Shown here in pieces: positions 1-13,480 of a stretch of DNA of 64,000 nt. Position 1 is the stretch's first letter. The number at the start of each line of letters is the position of its first letter. The stretch is from Phoronis australis (taxonomy: Eukaryota > Animalia > Phoronida). Made by a program: the position numbers and the translations under genes. The notes under the pieces were generated by a model. The model did no database searches. It had not been told where the DNA came from and saw nothing but the letters and a program-made list of their open reading frames with translations. The stretch lies in contig NMRA01000038.1 of assembly GCA_002633005.1 (NCBI GenBank), forward strand, positions 35,443-99,442. Direction: 5' to 3'.

Positions 1-229
1 CATGGATTGAACATAAAAACTTCTTAAAATATGTCATTGAATTTTTTACGCAAAAATGTATCATTTTCATTACACCATATCTTATATGTCAATTGTCATT
101 TTGTGTTTGATTTTACTTTATTTCTGTTTTTGTTGATAAAGGAAGTTGTTACATCCGAAAATTTCAAATTTCAGTTGATCCATTCTTGTTGTTTTATTTA
201 CCGATTTATATTTGATATTGTACAAATTA

Positions 230-720
230 AATTTTGCACAGAAGTTTCACAGAAATAAAAAGGCTGACTAATGCGTGGCTGAAAAGAAATGCAATAGTCC
301 TAGGCAAGGTTTCAGTTGTTAAATCAATTTTACTTTCCAAATTAGTCATCCTTCTGTAACTCTTCCTGTTCCAAATATATGACTTATTGGGGAGGTACAA
401 ACGATGGAATACCAAGGGTAAATTGTAGCAGTCTATACATGTACAGTAAAGGTAGTTTTAGAACGATGCAACTCGACTCGTACATCAAGGCAATCAAACT
501 GACACGGATCTGGAGGGCTATGAACAGCAAATAGAATTGTGATTGGCGTGACATTTTAACACAATGTTTGACTAGAGATTCACCACTGAATCAACCACTG
601 TGGTGAAACCTGACAGTAAGCCAATATTTATGAAACGATGTCTACAATGTAGATGGCAACTTTATTGGTTATGAGTGTTTTAGTAATTGATTTTCGCCCT
701 ATGATCACAATATTTTGGGG
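230..720 (+). mobile_element. Degenerate L1/Tx1-type non-LTR retrotransposon ORF2 fragment (region C-terminal to RT)
   Basis: Manual translation gives IKRLTNAWLKRNAIVLGKVSVVKSILLSKLV (~255-350), DSYIKAIKLTRIWR (~475-517) and QPLW (~592-603). These resemble the W-x-R-x-L-T-x-x-G-K-x-x-V-x-K-S-x-x-x-S-K-L, ALKxxW and QPLWxN blocks of L1/Tx1 ORF2. Frameshifts and stops are present. Confidence 0.6.
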
Positions 721-3700
721 ATTCATAGAACTCGTGCGTATTTTAAATTTGAAGCAAGCGCCACCCTGTGTCCTCCTGTAGAACTGTGTGTACAAGTATA
801 ATCAGGAAAAGAAACGATTTGTAAATGAAATGCGGTTATAAAGAAAACACCACTACTAATAACACTTAAAAACAAGTGCACAGATATGAAAATCCTAGTA
901 ATTCCAAATATTACGTAGTCGTTATTTGATATTGAAATGAACAAATGATAAAAACTGTGCCTTGTTTTATTAGGGTAACGGTGACATATTACCATACTCA
1001 ATTTTACATAAAAATAGTCTCGCAAAACGAAACTTTCGCGAGATTGTAATGGTTAATGGTTCTCGGAAGGTTTCCGACACCCCGGAAGACGCGGGGTTGT
1101 TTGTAAACTAGTACTTCATTTACATATTCACAAGTTAATGTGACATAGCATCTTTAAATCTAAATTTAAGCGTATGCCTTAGCCTGACGTAAACACAAGA
1201 GTACCGTTTTTTCACTTCATAAAGGAAATAAATTTTAAGCTCAACTAAAAAGGAGGGCGCTAAAGGTACTTCCATGACAAGTTCATTGTTAGGCACAATA
1301 TAAGTCTCGTATCCAGAAACAAGTGCGAACTGTAGTTGCAGTTAGACGAGAGATTGGTGGAGCAAAATACACACCAGTAACATCACTTTTTTCGATGATC
1401 TCTCAACTCACGGTCACACCTGTTTCCCCAAGAGGTGTTGTCACAGGTTTGTGGAGAATTGTTGAACTAACACGTGGAATGTTGTATACGATAGTCAGCT
1501 CTCCAGTCCAGGGAGAATCCTTTGAAAAACTTGATGCCGGGTAGTGAATTTCTCATAAAAGCCGGCTTCCGTGACATTTGAAACAATAGACAAACGAGTT
1601 AAAATTCATTGCAAAACACACCCTTGGACGTGAAGAATAATTTGTCGCATTGTCTGTTTGTGTGTGTGTGCCTATTTATTGCTTGTTCCATAAAAACGTG
1701 TTCATAGTCTAATGGACATACATGTATGTCAGAACGATAAGACGGTATTTAGTTAAGTGTCTGCCCGTCAGTTGATGCTAATCAAGGATTTTTCTCGAAC
1801 TAGGACCATACATGTAAACGTTGTACAATCATGTTAATTGATTTTGACACATCGATTACGCTACTGACCTAACGTATTGTTGTTGCTTTAGGTATATTGA
1901 ACTGTCCGAATAGTCCAAGCAATACTTTTAGTAACTGAAGAAAACATGATTCAACCTCTCGAACTCCTTTTGGCGCCATATTGCGTCACCGCGAGAACAC
2001 GGAACAGCAAAACGAGGTTGTAATAAACAGCGGCCTAATTAACATACATGTAACACCGTATGAAGATTTTCGCGTTGACGTAGCCAAAAGTAAGTAAATA
2101 TGCTTACCATTCATTAAAATTTGCAACTTATGCTATTGGTGCGCTCAGATGATACTTCAAAATATATCGCATGAGCCACACTCGCGTACGTTGCTTTACA
2201 AGGTACAATTCTTCAACTTTATGGAGTGGTGGAAGCACAGAACATTGACAATGTGATTTATTTGTGGCCTTAATATTGATACATCGTGGGAAAAGAGCCC
2301 ATGGGTTTGTCAACAGCAGAATATTACCACCAAAGAATCAGTTACCAGGTAGCGAATTTCCAGAAATGCACGTGTACTCCAGATCAGTTTGGATTTGACG
2401 CAAATTAACCGTTGCGTTAACAGACGTACATGTAATTAGTCCGGGGAAATCAATGATTTTAGAATTGATTGATGGAGACTCATTCTGGTAGGCTTTGGAT
2501 GTGATTATGCACATACACACATACATACATACATGTACATATACTTCCCTTTCAAAACTATACTGATCTATTTTTCCGGTGAGCGACTTGGTTTGAGCCT
2601 GGGACCTATAAGTTGTTCTCTGAGTCATCCATTGACTTCAAACCAAAGAAAGACATGGGGAAAAGAAGAACACCATCAATCGAATCCAATGTGATCGCCC
2701 TCTATCGGTAAAACTCTACCATATTGCCGCGCCTTTAGACCCATGGTTTATATCCGAAATGATTTCTTTTTCGCGGTTTTTTTACCAAACTGGTTTGCAT
2801 ATCGGGGCAAGCGCTTAAGTTTCACAAGTAAGCTCAGTGTCAGAATAAATATTGATTACGTAAATAGTAGAATTAGCTCCATTGAAGTTTCCCAAAATTT
2901 GTGCATACATTCTTTTAAAACGATGGGGTCAGATTTCGCTACATGTACATTTGGTGTTTGTTATTTTTAGATGATGTTTACCTCTTTCGTTCTTGGATCG
3001 ATGTACTGTAAGGATTCTGTAAATTTCTGAGATCAGATTATAACAGCCAATGATGTGATTACTCAACATAATGTGGTTTTGGTTAGCTAATAGTTAAGTA
3101 CATATAAGTGCATTATTATAATTTGGGCAGAAGACTGGGAGACAGTCAGATGGCGTTGCGTCACGAGAGACTGTGACCAGAAAGAGGAATCGCGGGTAGT
3201 CAGATACTGCCTGCACGTGTCGTTGCGTCACGAAGGACTGTGACCAGCAAGTACATTGTCGCAGTAACAGTGTGCGTAATAGCTGATAAGATGTTTGATT
3301 GTTTATGGTTAACTGATTGAAGATATCCTTACAGAGGGCGCTAGTTACTCTCCTTTATTAACAACATGTTTCACTTGTTTTAGTTAGTGGTTATTGTACA
3401 ATAAATCAATCGCTCTGCATCCTCGCACAATCACGAAGCATAGATACCTTTTAAACTAAACCCACAGCAAATTTCTGCAAGACACTCAAGTAATGTACCC
3501 TGCATAGTTCAGTATATTAATTCGCACATAGAAGCACCCGTTTTCTTTTTAAAAATTGACCTGCTTTTCATGAACAACATTTTCGAAATGCCGCGCATTT
3601 AGGCCCTTGTGTCTGTATTAAAAATGCCTCTTTTGCAGCCTGTATTAATTTACCAGAGTTGTTCTAAACAGCACAACAACCAGATGGGATAATATCCGGA

Positions 3701-4078
3701 TACTCGACATCAAAACATACTGGGCTAAAAAAATCAAGAGTACTATGTGCATGAAGGTACACGTTGAGTCAGTGAGACTAGCAAACAGCTTCGCCCTCGA
3801 GTCATATTTTTTCTAAAAGCCATCTCGGGCCTCATTAATACGTTTAATAACGCCGGAACCATTCAATAACCTACATTTATCCTATTCGCGTTGAATAAGT
3901 TGAGTGCAATACGACCATTTGGTATTGTCTTCTGTATTGCACTGCCGGGAGAGCTTTTAACAGTGTCCTCAAACTTAGATATGGGAAGTGACTATAATTG
4001 GTTGGTCAATACCGACTCGACGTCGCTAGCCGGCTCGATCATCAAATTTTTCCAAATAAGTTTTACGTAATAAGTTTA

Positions 4079-4335
4079 CATGCGCGCACCCAGCCTTCAA
4101 TATGGGGGGCTCGAATTCCTGACTTTGTGGACCTTTTGGTAACAAAAAAGCGGGCGGACTAAAAAAAATGTGGGCACCCCCGTGCATTGCGCGTTTGCGC
4201 ATGTTTAACGGACTTATGCCTCACTTTCTTGGACTTTTTGTCTCTCTGAGGTGGACCATTTTGCCCACTTCGCCAAATGGGGGGGGGGGCGCTCGTTCGA
4301 GCCCCCCGAGCTCCGGCCTTTTGGGTGCGCGCATG
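4079..4335. mobile_element. MITE with 14-bp TIRs and 5-bp TSD
   Basis: TIRs CATGCGCGCACCCA (4079-4092) and TGGGTGCGCGCATG (4322-4335). Subterminal inverted GGGGGGCTCGAA/TTCGAGCCCCCC. GTTTA flanks both sides. Confidence 0.85.
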
Positions 4336-7300
4336 GTTTACAGCAATCACGTCACAAACATAACACTACCTGATACAAAACTGCCTCAGTTTTATTTGTT
4401 AAAATATTACGCCGTCTACAATTCAGATGCAGGATCTTCGGAAAGTACAGCGTTAAATATTGTTCTTATTTAATTGTTTTAAAAAAAGTTCAACGCACTA
4501 TTACTGTTCTATTCATCCTTGTTATCTTTTTTCAAATACTAAATGACTACATTTAATACTGCTTTCTTTTAGTAGAATAAACTTGTAACATAGCGTGCAA
4601 GTAAATACACTGTGGGTTTTGATCCGCCACATGAACAGTCTTGGTAAAGTACTTAAATAAGCGCAGAAAAAAAAGGATTATTTCGGTCTCCGTCGGAACG
4701 GTGAATTATGTCTTGTGGGATGTCAATTAATCTACGCCACTTCCGGTACGTTTTGCGCATGTCCACCCCTTTCAGGATATCGACTACCGTATGGCTACAT
4801 TCAATGTTCAACACATTTAGAGTTACGGTAGGCCTTTAAGTTTGGTCAACATAGCATGTTTTACTACAGCGTGATGCAAAAGTAGGCAAACGCATTAGAT
4901 CAGTTTACGAAGCGTATAGTTGAAAATGGCCTACGTGAATATCAGTACACAGTGACTGAGACTTGAGTTGCCAGCTCATCTGGCAATAAATCAAGATTGG
5001 ATTTGCATATTAATGTTTTTAAACCGTAAAGAGATTCGGTTAACAATTCAACATTGAGAGCTAAACAGGGCGTGATGCAGTTTTAAATGTCCCACAATAA
5101 CTTCTTGTCATCATCTACAACTGGAATTGTACATTCAAATTTCAGTGGTTTTTCATGTCAACTTGTCAATAGATTCATTCCTGATAGACAGTTCATCTTC
5201 TAAAGAAAGCACCAAACTGCATGTCAAAGCATGCCGTCTCGGTGTATTCATCTTTGTTAAGTAGAGGGTGTAGCTGAGCTTCCAAATTTGGAGTGATACT
5301 TATACCTGGCTTAAATGAAAAATACCTAGTGTGCCCCGTTTAAATCAAGAACTAAAAGCGGACCCATTTTCTTAGTTATGGAAATAGGGCTTAAAACATG
5401 ACCCATATTCATGTCTGATCTCGAAAAAGTCTACACTGTCCTACTGACTTTTTAAGGATACATCAATATTCGCACCGTGCAGAAAAATATCAGACTGAAC
5501 CTTACATCAAGCAAAAAATAGTGATCTTTCACCCCATTTTTATGCCTAAATGGTGAAAAAGTGACCCAAAGCTATGCTAAAAACTGAAAAATGGCACCCG
5601 TCTCAGCTTCACGTCTACACAATCTACATTACAATGACTGCCCATGCATTCGGAGCAGCACGTTGCCACATTACGACTGCCCACTCCGAACCGTCAAGTT
5701 TGTGAGTTTCAAGAAACTACAGGTATAATGCAAACTATGCCTCTTCAATGATTTCGCCGCTGGTGCCTTTTCACCGCCATTCCATCATTCTCGCTCTGCT
5801 GTCATCAAATTAGCCCACTCATGTTTATTCACAACAATCCGTCGTTCCTAAGGCGTAATAGAGCCAACAAGGGTTGAGTTACGTAGATGCAAGAATCTCG
5901 CAAGTAGTGCTGGTATGATCACGTGGTTTGCTTGTAAAGCCTGGAGATATCTCTAGACTTGCACGATCTTGTGCTTATTGCGTCTACGGAACGAGCGGCT
6001 TCTACCGATACAGCGTACGAGTACTTGACACAGTGGGAAACGCGCGGCGTAAAATAACACCAAAATACTTGCAGAGAACTAGAGTTCGATACTTTGTACT
6101 ATTCCAATCATCCCTGCGCGAACTTTCAGACCTGTCCAGCTGCAAAGGTGGTGAAATGCGGACTGTACTTGCCTTTCAGGTTCTTCGATGGTGGTTTCAA
6201 TCCGTGCATAGTTTTTTTTTTTGAAATATTGCTATAAGCCCATTGTGATTGGGGGTTTTGATTTAGCGCGTATTCAACATGGCATGTAAAAGCTATTTCA
6301 ACTTAAAATTGACCAATAGAAATCTACTCAAAATGTGCCGGTGCTTAAATGGCAGAAGACTGTCTGACTACCTCGTTCAGTTGTTGTTTTTTAAACCCAG
6401 AAGATGACTTGGACAACTAAAAAAGCTGAGTCAACGAATGGTGGGCATTTTACCAAAACGTGACAACGCACAAAGGCTATTTACGTTATTTTTAACGCCT
6501 TTTCGATGATTGCCGGACAGAAATTCATGTTTTGTGATTTAAAACGCCAAAGAAAAACGCACTGGTGCTAATTTTTGTAAAATTACTTTTCTCGCCTAGA
6601 CTCGGTCCCATTAGATATAACTATGCAACGAGTCGATCACGTGGTATATTTAAGTACAAGTGATTATCGGCTTTGATTTGACAAAACGTACTGTTGTCTC
6701 GCTAATGAATGACGTCAACCTATCATTTACAGTACGACAGTTTTGATGAACAACAAAACCCGAAATAGACTGCACTCTTGTCATGTGCACGTGCGTTTAT
6801 CAACTATCAATCTAGCTAACATAGCTTTACATACTCAGAGAACACAGACTTGTTTAGTCAATTATAAAGTTTCTTGATCCACTCATCTCGTGTTAAGTTT
6901 GATACCAGTCAATGAACACATTTGTTTGAAGAAAAGAGAACAAGTAACCCGCCTCTTTATAAAACCAAGCTAATTCTTTCTTGTTCTTATTATACTTCAC
7001 TACATGTATGTCAGGCTCCGTCATACATTAATTCCCAAGTGAAGTATGTCTTGTTTTACGAGGACACGAACAGCATTCTTTAAAGGCGCTCACTGCATAT
7101 AATGAAATAATGTAAAGCAGCTAACATCACATTAAAAGTGATGCTTAATATCTTAATAACAGGTGGCATCCGATGGCACTTCAAAAGCCACGTGACGTTG
7201 AAAACAAATCAACGCTTTAATAAAACGAGTCGAGTCGGCTTTTGAACTGAAAGCTTCCTTGTGACGTCTTGTCCTAATTAAACATCTATCGAGAGTTTAT

Positions 7301-7452
7301 GAACTGCCTTCGTGTACGAGCATTTATGCCGGTCCCGTGGGACTATAAACGCCTTTGCGAATTATGGATAATTATAACCCTACAATTAGTGTAAGATGAA
7401 AGACGTGTTTTGAAAAAATGAGTGTCGAAATACATGATGCACCGAAACAGGT

Positions 7453-7500
<48 letters not shown>

Positions 7501-7577
7501 GTCATCATCATCATCATCATCATTATCATCAACATCTTCGGTATAGTCATCCTCATCATCGTCTTTTTCATCATCAT
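7453..7577. repeat. (ATC)n microsatellite
   Basis: Long pure ATC run with a degenerate tail. It explains the poly-D and poly-M ORFs in the track. Confidence 0.95.
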
Positions 7578-9119
7578 TGGCATTGTCCTTCATCAACCTG
7601 AATTCCACAATGAAACTATAGAGAGCCGTCTTCTGGTATGAAATCACCCTCTAATCGACCTGGAAGACTACTTTTGCTTCCATTTTTTAGTTGGCATGTG
7701 AACATTTAATGATTTGAAGATTAGTGAATGGCTTTGAAATTCTAAAGAGACAAACTACAGATGTTGCCTTCATCCATGTCCATCGTTGTCAACGGCCACT
7801 GATCTAACCAAACTCTTCACCCTGTCCATTCCGGAGCTCCTAAACAATTTCGGATCTGAACAAACACTTCAGTACGTCCATTTTCCGCAGCTCTATTCTA
7901 TTAAAGTCAGGGCCATCTTATCGCCTCCGTTTTCAGTATTAACGTTGTCCCTCAAACGAACTAAAATCGATTGTGTCAAATATTGCGTCTACTCTCAAAC
8001 ACACTTTTTCAATTAAAATCAGGTAGTGACCTTTTTGCAAGAAGTACGTTTGTCAAAAGCCATTATCATTTAAACTTAACGACGAGTGTGTTTTAAACAG
8101 AAATACTCATAACATGCGCTACTTTTTCATCGACTCCATTAGGTTCTTCTAATATTAAAACTTTGTGCACACACACATGTTTGATTAGTCTTCAGTTACA
8201 ATCTTCGATGTTTACAATTTGTTTGCCATACAACTAGAAGTCATGAAAATGCTTTTAGAACTAAATTATCACATAACATTAGCTACAATTAAAGAGAGTC
8301 CAAAATTGAGACACTATCAATTATTCATTATCAACATATGTATCCGGTTGTTTGGTGACGACGTACCAGCAATTGCATGTAAGACGTGATTTGGACCCAA
8401 AAATATAAATAGAAAGGCACATACTAGATTCGCGTCAAAGGCATGTGTATATAGACACGTGGGTGTTCATTTTTATCACAACATAGGCACGTGTGTGTAT
8501 TACAGAATGCAATCAACAGATTCGCAACTTCTACATTTTCTTTTGGAATTCCCAAAGGAGGCACCACTCGCGATCTCATCTAATGCACAGCTGAGCTTCC
8601 GGTTATTGAGCAGACAACGTACTTACCGGAAGTAACACGTGCATCACACCAGGCGCCGCTAGCAATTAGTGGCCAATAGCGTTGGTGATCACGGTTTGTG
8701 GGCAATTAAGAGATCACAGATTTTGTGCTTTGGAAATATAGACCTACAGAGTTGACTACATGTATCTATAGTGTATGCTGTACATTATATGTGTTCGTGT
8801 CATGCATCACATCAGTGGCATTTGTCCAGAACTGTTTGTTCCATGTACATGTACGTGTAACCTGTGGGATACGATGTAGTTATGACGATGACAGGGACGC
8901 TACTATGATGACACTAACTATGTCAATGACGATGAAGTGTTGACGCTACCAATTACGACAGTGTCAACAACATTGATAAGAATGACGTAAAGCAGTGGAC
9001 CCATTTCTAGATTGTGCACTAAGTACCTGCGTCTTACATAAAACGCTAACTTGCATCTATGTCCAGTAAATAGCAAAAGTTACACAGAGGATTGAAACGC
9101 GCCCACGACTACACCGCAA

Positions 9120-10560
9120 ACTTTGTGCTACTAGGGGGGTTGTTACCATCATAAAATGTCCATTAGATGATGCAGAATACATCGAAAGCGTCTGAATATG
9201 AGACCGTTTTGTCGTCTCTCGAATATAACACTCATATGATCTGCTAAATTTTATGAAAATCAGCCACGGAATATGTGAAAAAAATGCAATTAGAAGAAAA
9301 CGCGGAAGTCAAACCCGTCTATTTGTTGCTAAGGTAATGTGAATACACTTGCCAAATGTATACTGTACAAAAGATCTCGCAAGGGAGGTACAGCCGTAGA
9401 AGAAAACAATGTCTCTAGGAGGGACTGGAGAAGTTGGAACCATTTTAAAAATTCATGTCAGTCGTGTTCTTGCTAATTTCCATAATGGCCCTTTGACCGA
9501 TTTGGCGAATACAAAGGCAGACGACTCAAAAATGATAAAAGGAGACACTAGGTGGCTGTTATCGCCATGAACATTGAAACTTGTTTACCATGAAAAACTT
9601 TCAAATAGCTCTGAAAAGGCAACTAAAAATCAAAATTGCCAGTAGTGGGTACAGCGGTAGCCAGAACCGTCCAAAATTCGAAGGCAAAATTTCACGCAGA
9701 TTTTTCAAAAAGGCAAAACAAATACAGCCAAGGGTACAAAAAAGAGTGACCCGTCCAAATATCAACGCCAACCACCATGGCGGTCTTCTCGTCAGGAACA
9801 CATCGTTCAAGTTTTTTAAATGATGGTTTGACGGATAAGAGGTGAGTGCCAAAAATGGATAAGAAAAAAAAGAAAGGGCCACTAGGTTAGGAAAAATACC
9901 TCAAATCAACACAAAAATGGATGAACATCGTCACCTACTTGATAAAAATCTGTTTCACGAAAATTCATCAAAGAATGCTACATAGATACAGAGACAAACA
10001 TGAAAATGCTAAAATTGCCACTAGATGGCACAGGGTAGTCGGATTGGTATGAAACTCGTCATAATCTGTTGTCAGCTTCATAGAACACATTCATCAAATT
10101 TCACAAAGATCCTGCAAAGAGCTTAATAGAGGTACAACCGTAGACGCAAAACACCGCTAGAGAGAGCCAAAGTAGTCGAAGAAGGCCGAAAATCAACGAC
10201 AGCCGCTATCTTCGCATCAGAGATACATCTGCCAATTTTCACAATGATCGTTCAAGCAGTTTGCCTGATAGAGAGGCAGACGTCAAAAACGCTCTCAAAA
10301 CTTCAAAACATTCTCACTAGGTGACGCAGAAGTCGTCAAATCAGTCCCAAAATGAGAAGGCATTGGCATCTCATTTTCTTGAAAATCTATTCAATGACCT
10401 CCGAATACATAGTAAACCCAAACAGTTGCCATTTGTGGGCGCACGTGTGGGTGGATTGGTCAGAAACTCGTCATCATCTGTTGGCAGCATCATAGGAACG
10501 CCTCTTCCAAATTTCACAAAATTCTTGCAGTGAGGATTAAGGAGATACATCCGCGTAAGC
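9120..10560. repeat. Highly degenerate tandem array, ~100-160 bp units with higher-order similarity
   Basis: Recurring CCACTAGRKGGC-like and CAAATTTCAYAAAGATC-like blocks. 9632-9664 resembles 10011-10043, 10040-10119 resembles 10450-10530, and 9385-9418 resembles 10130-10160. Confidence 0.65.
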
Positions 10561-11932
10561 AAAAAAAAACAACGCGTGCGCCAGAATAGTCGAGCTCACA
10601 CCTAGAATGGTGACCGTTGCAAAGTCTCACAAGTGCAAAGCCATGGCGGAAGTCCTTTTCAAGCGTATATACAGTTACGAATTCTCAGTAACAGTTTTAA
10701 TGATATTTAACTTAACTGTTGCCTGATAGAGACACACCAAAATTGGTCAATTCGGAACCAAACAAACTGTTGCATGAAGCGTATTGTCAAAGTTTTGATT
10801 CCATTCGTAGATTACACTAGTCCATCGACACGCCAAGCTGTCACCGGTATCGGCTCGACCCAAACACTTAACGATAAATCGTCGTGAGAGACCGACCGGA
10901 GTTGGTATATGGGGCTACTCCGGACGGTCTGGGGTCAACAGAAAACCACAGCTCACTGAGTCTACACCAATGTAATAAACGAGAGTAGTAATTGTTCTAA
11001 TTGCTGCCTCACCTGCACTGAGGTATGCTTATCTCTTTTATGACAAACAATGCGTGACCAGTTAAAGTGTTTTCAAAATAATGTGGATAAATCAGTGAAG
11101 TGCGAGACTCCTGAGGTCTCTGTCAAGTCCTCACGACAATTCTACGTAATGAGGCGCGCCTGAGTTGTTTAGCAATATGCTCTTATTTTCGGCGACAAGA
11201 CAATGTATGTGCCCCGGTAATAATTAGCTACCGGTGCGTGTGGGAAAATTACTTCATTACTCACTTGAGATTTTGAGATTTTTTAGTGTTTAGTGGTGGT
11301 CTTGTGTTGGTGTCTTGGTTGACGTCTCCCGAAAGTCATACTTATATTCCCATCGATAGGTCCACGTTTAATAGCTGATTAAGTTTAGATAACATACAAC
11401 AAGTAAAAATAAATATGTGAAACGTCGTGGAGATAAAAATATTCACTTCGTTCTTGTTAATCCATAGACATTTGATAATAATCAACGGTTTACCCAGGCG
11501 TATGATCATCTGATTGTGAAGTCTACTACTGTTTTATCAGCGGCAACTTTTCCACTTTCGTTACGCATTGCAAAGTGACCCAACTGCGGTCCGTGAAATC
11601 ATTATCAATGTCTTCCTCAAGTTCGCAACCAATACCCACATAAGCTTAATCTGATACAAACACTTTAAAACACCGTACCTTTTTGGGCTCCAGCCCATAC
11701 AGAGTGGTGGGTAAAACAAAAACGATGATCAAGCAGGGCTGTTACGTAACACGTACATTGTAAACAGCCACCAGAACAGTGGAACACCCATGGCATAGAC
11801 AGACCGATGAGACACCTGTAGGGAAAAGGCCACACTACTTACGGTTATACGTCATACACTTTCTAACGACGGTGAGTTTGCCCTAAGCCAAAGCACGACT
11901 GCGAAACCGAGAATGTCTGGCCTCGCATTTTC

Positions 11933-12709
11933 GTGGCACTGAACGGTTAGGCTGCAGCGGTGGCCAGATTGCACTGGCAAAAATTAAATTCTAGGGGTAT
12001 GCCTGGCTTGGGTCAGTTTTGAGGCAGCCGTTGCATGTGAGCTCACTAGTTAATCTGTGTTTGTATTTGTAAACATGTTGGGAATGAGAAAAGACCACCT
12101 CTCAACAGTTCTCACTTTGGTTTGCCTATCAGAACACACGTCAATGGACTCGTTATTATTTCTTTACTTTTTCGAAAACTGTATGCAAAGAATGAAAAAT
12201 TGTTTCGAATCATTTCACATCGCAAGTGCCTACAAATGAGCACAGGAACTTTGTTATCCCACTGAAAAACAAGGTAGTCGAAGAAAAAAACGGATAAAAA
12301 CACAAACTCGCCACTCTTCACAACAAAACCACCACTCCCCTGCCAATGCGCGACAAATGGCAACATTAGATTTTGAAAGTAAAGTTTCTACAGATTCAAA
12401 CTTGTGGCCAAAAAGTACTGTCAACCAACTAGGTCTCTTTGAGGGCTACCTGTAATCGCAGTCGACATCTCAGTCGCTACCCAACGATGTACAGATGAAT
12501 CAGGTGCCGCCTTCTTGAAGAAGAGTACAGCTACAGCCGAACAAGTCGTCTTTTCTCATTCCCAACACGTTCACAAATCAAACAAGTCGCACTCGTTGAG
12601 CCTACATGCAACGCACAGTTACCTCAAAACTGCCTGGCTTTCCCTTAGATTTAATTATTTTGGCAGTGCGAGTTGGCTGCGGCCGCAGTCCAGCTTTTCA
12701 GTGCCACCT
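11933..12709. mobile_element. Non-autonomous DNA transposon with ~110-bp imperfect TIRs (GGTGGCACTGAA family), copy 1
   Basis: The left arm GTGGCACTGAAC...GTTGCATGT is the inverse of the right arm ACATGCAAC...TTCAGTGCCACCT. The interior is homologous to 16483-17136 (shared TTTGCCTATCAGAACACACGTCAATGGACTC). Confidence 0.8.
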
Positions 12710-12785
12710 CTTTTTCACTGGTGATCACTTCTCTAACTCATGTCAGTGCCACCTCTTTTTCAAGATGGTGATCACTTCTCTAACT
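12698..12785. repeat. ~44-bp local tandem duplication spanning the MITE end and its flank
   Basis: TCAGTGCCACCTCTTTTTCA..TGGTGATCACTTCTCTAACT occurs twice in tandem. Confidence 0.85.
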
Positions 12786-12869
12786 GTTTTCATTCACATT
12801 CAATGTCAAACCAGACAAACTCTGCTCAACACGTTCGATGGACTTTTTCGGCATGTTCCATCTCATTAG

Positions 12870-13480
12870 TAAACGGGATATCCCAACTGTATCCAAAGAC
12901 ATAGGCGAGTGTACCCTCCTCGCCACCACACAGAGTTGACGCTTTGGATGAGGCTAACCCCCACCGGCACAAGTTTACCGGTGATAGTAAAACATTATAT
13001 ACAGATCAAAACAGGAACGCGATGCGTAGTGGCTCCATCCGACACACCTCTGCCCATGTCTCGTGCCATTCAGGTAGGTTAAACCTCGCCCAAGTACCCT
13101 GCTGTCCAAGCTGAGCCTCCCCAGTTCTGGCCTGGCGCAGGCTGCTTCTTCACTGGGGCGACCACACCTCCTATTTCACCGTTATTGGACGACCCTTCTC
13201 CCTGGCTGATCTGCACTGTGCATACCCTGAAGTCCCCAGACCTAGCCTCCAAGCATCTTTTCTGTAATTTCCATGTATTTAATCATGAGCACGTCCTTTG
13301 CTTCTTCAACTGTTGAACTTGCTGACCTAGCACTTCCGTCCTGTTCAGCGACGTTAATACACCAACCTCCTGAAACTTCAGCGGTTTGGGCAAAAGTACG
13401 AGTTTTCGATATGTTACTGACCCCCCTCCCCATAGCCTCCTGCCAAAAACTACTTTACGTGAGTTACTGAATTTCACACT
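12870..13480 (-). pseudogene. Possible decayed pogo/Tigger-like (CENP-B HTH) transposase N-terminus
   Basis: Minus-strand fragments NISKTRTF, YAQCRSAREKGRPIT and MARHG resemble pogo DNA-binding blocks (NxSxTARxF, WxxxxRxxGxPI, FxxRH). Heavily frameshifted and judged by eye only. Confidence 0.3.

Noticed and set aside
7372-7647. Poly-Asp and poly-Met ORFs
   Set aside because: They are translations of an (ATC)n microsatellite, with no splice or homology support.
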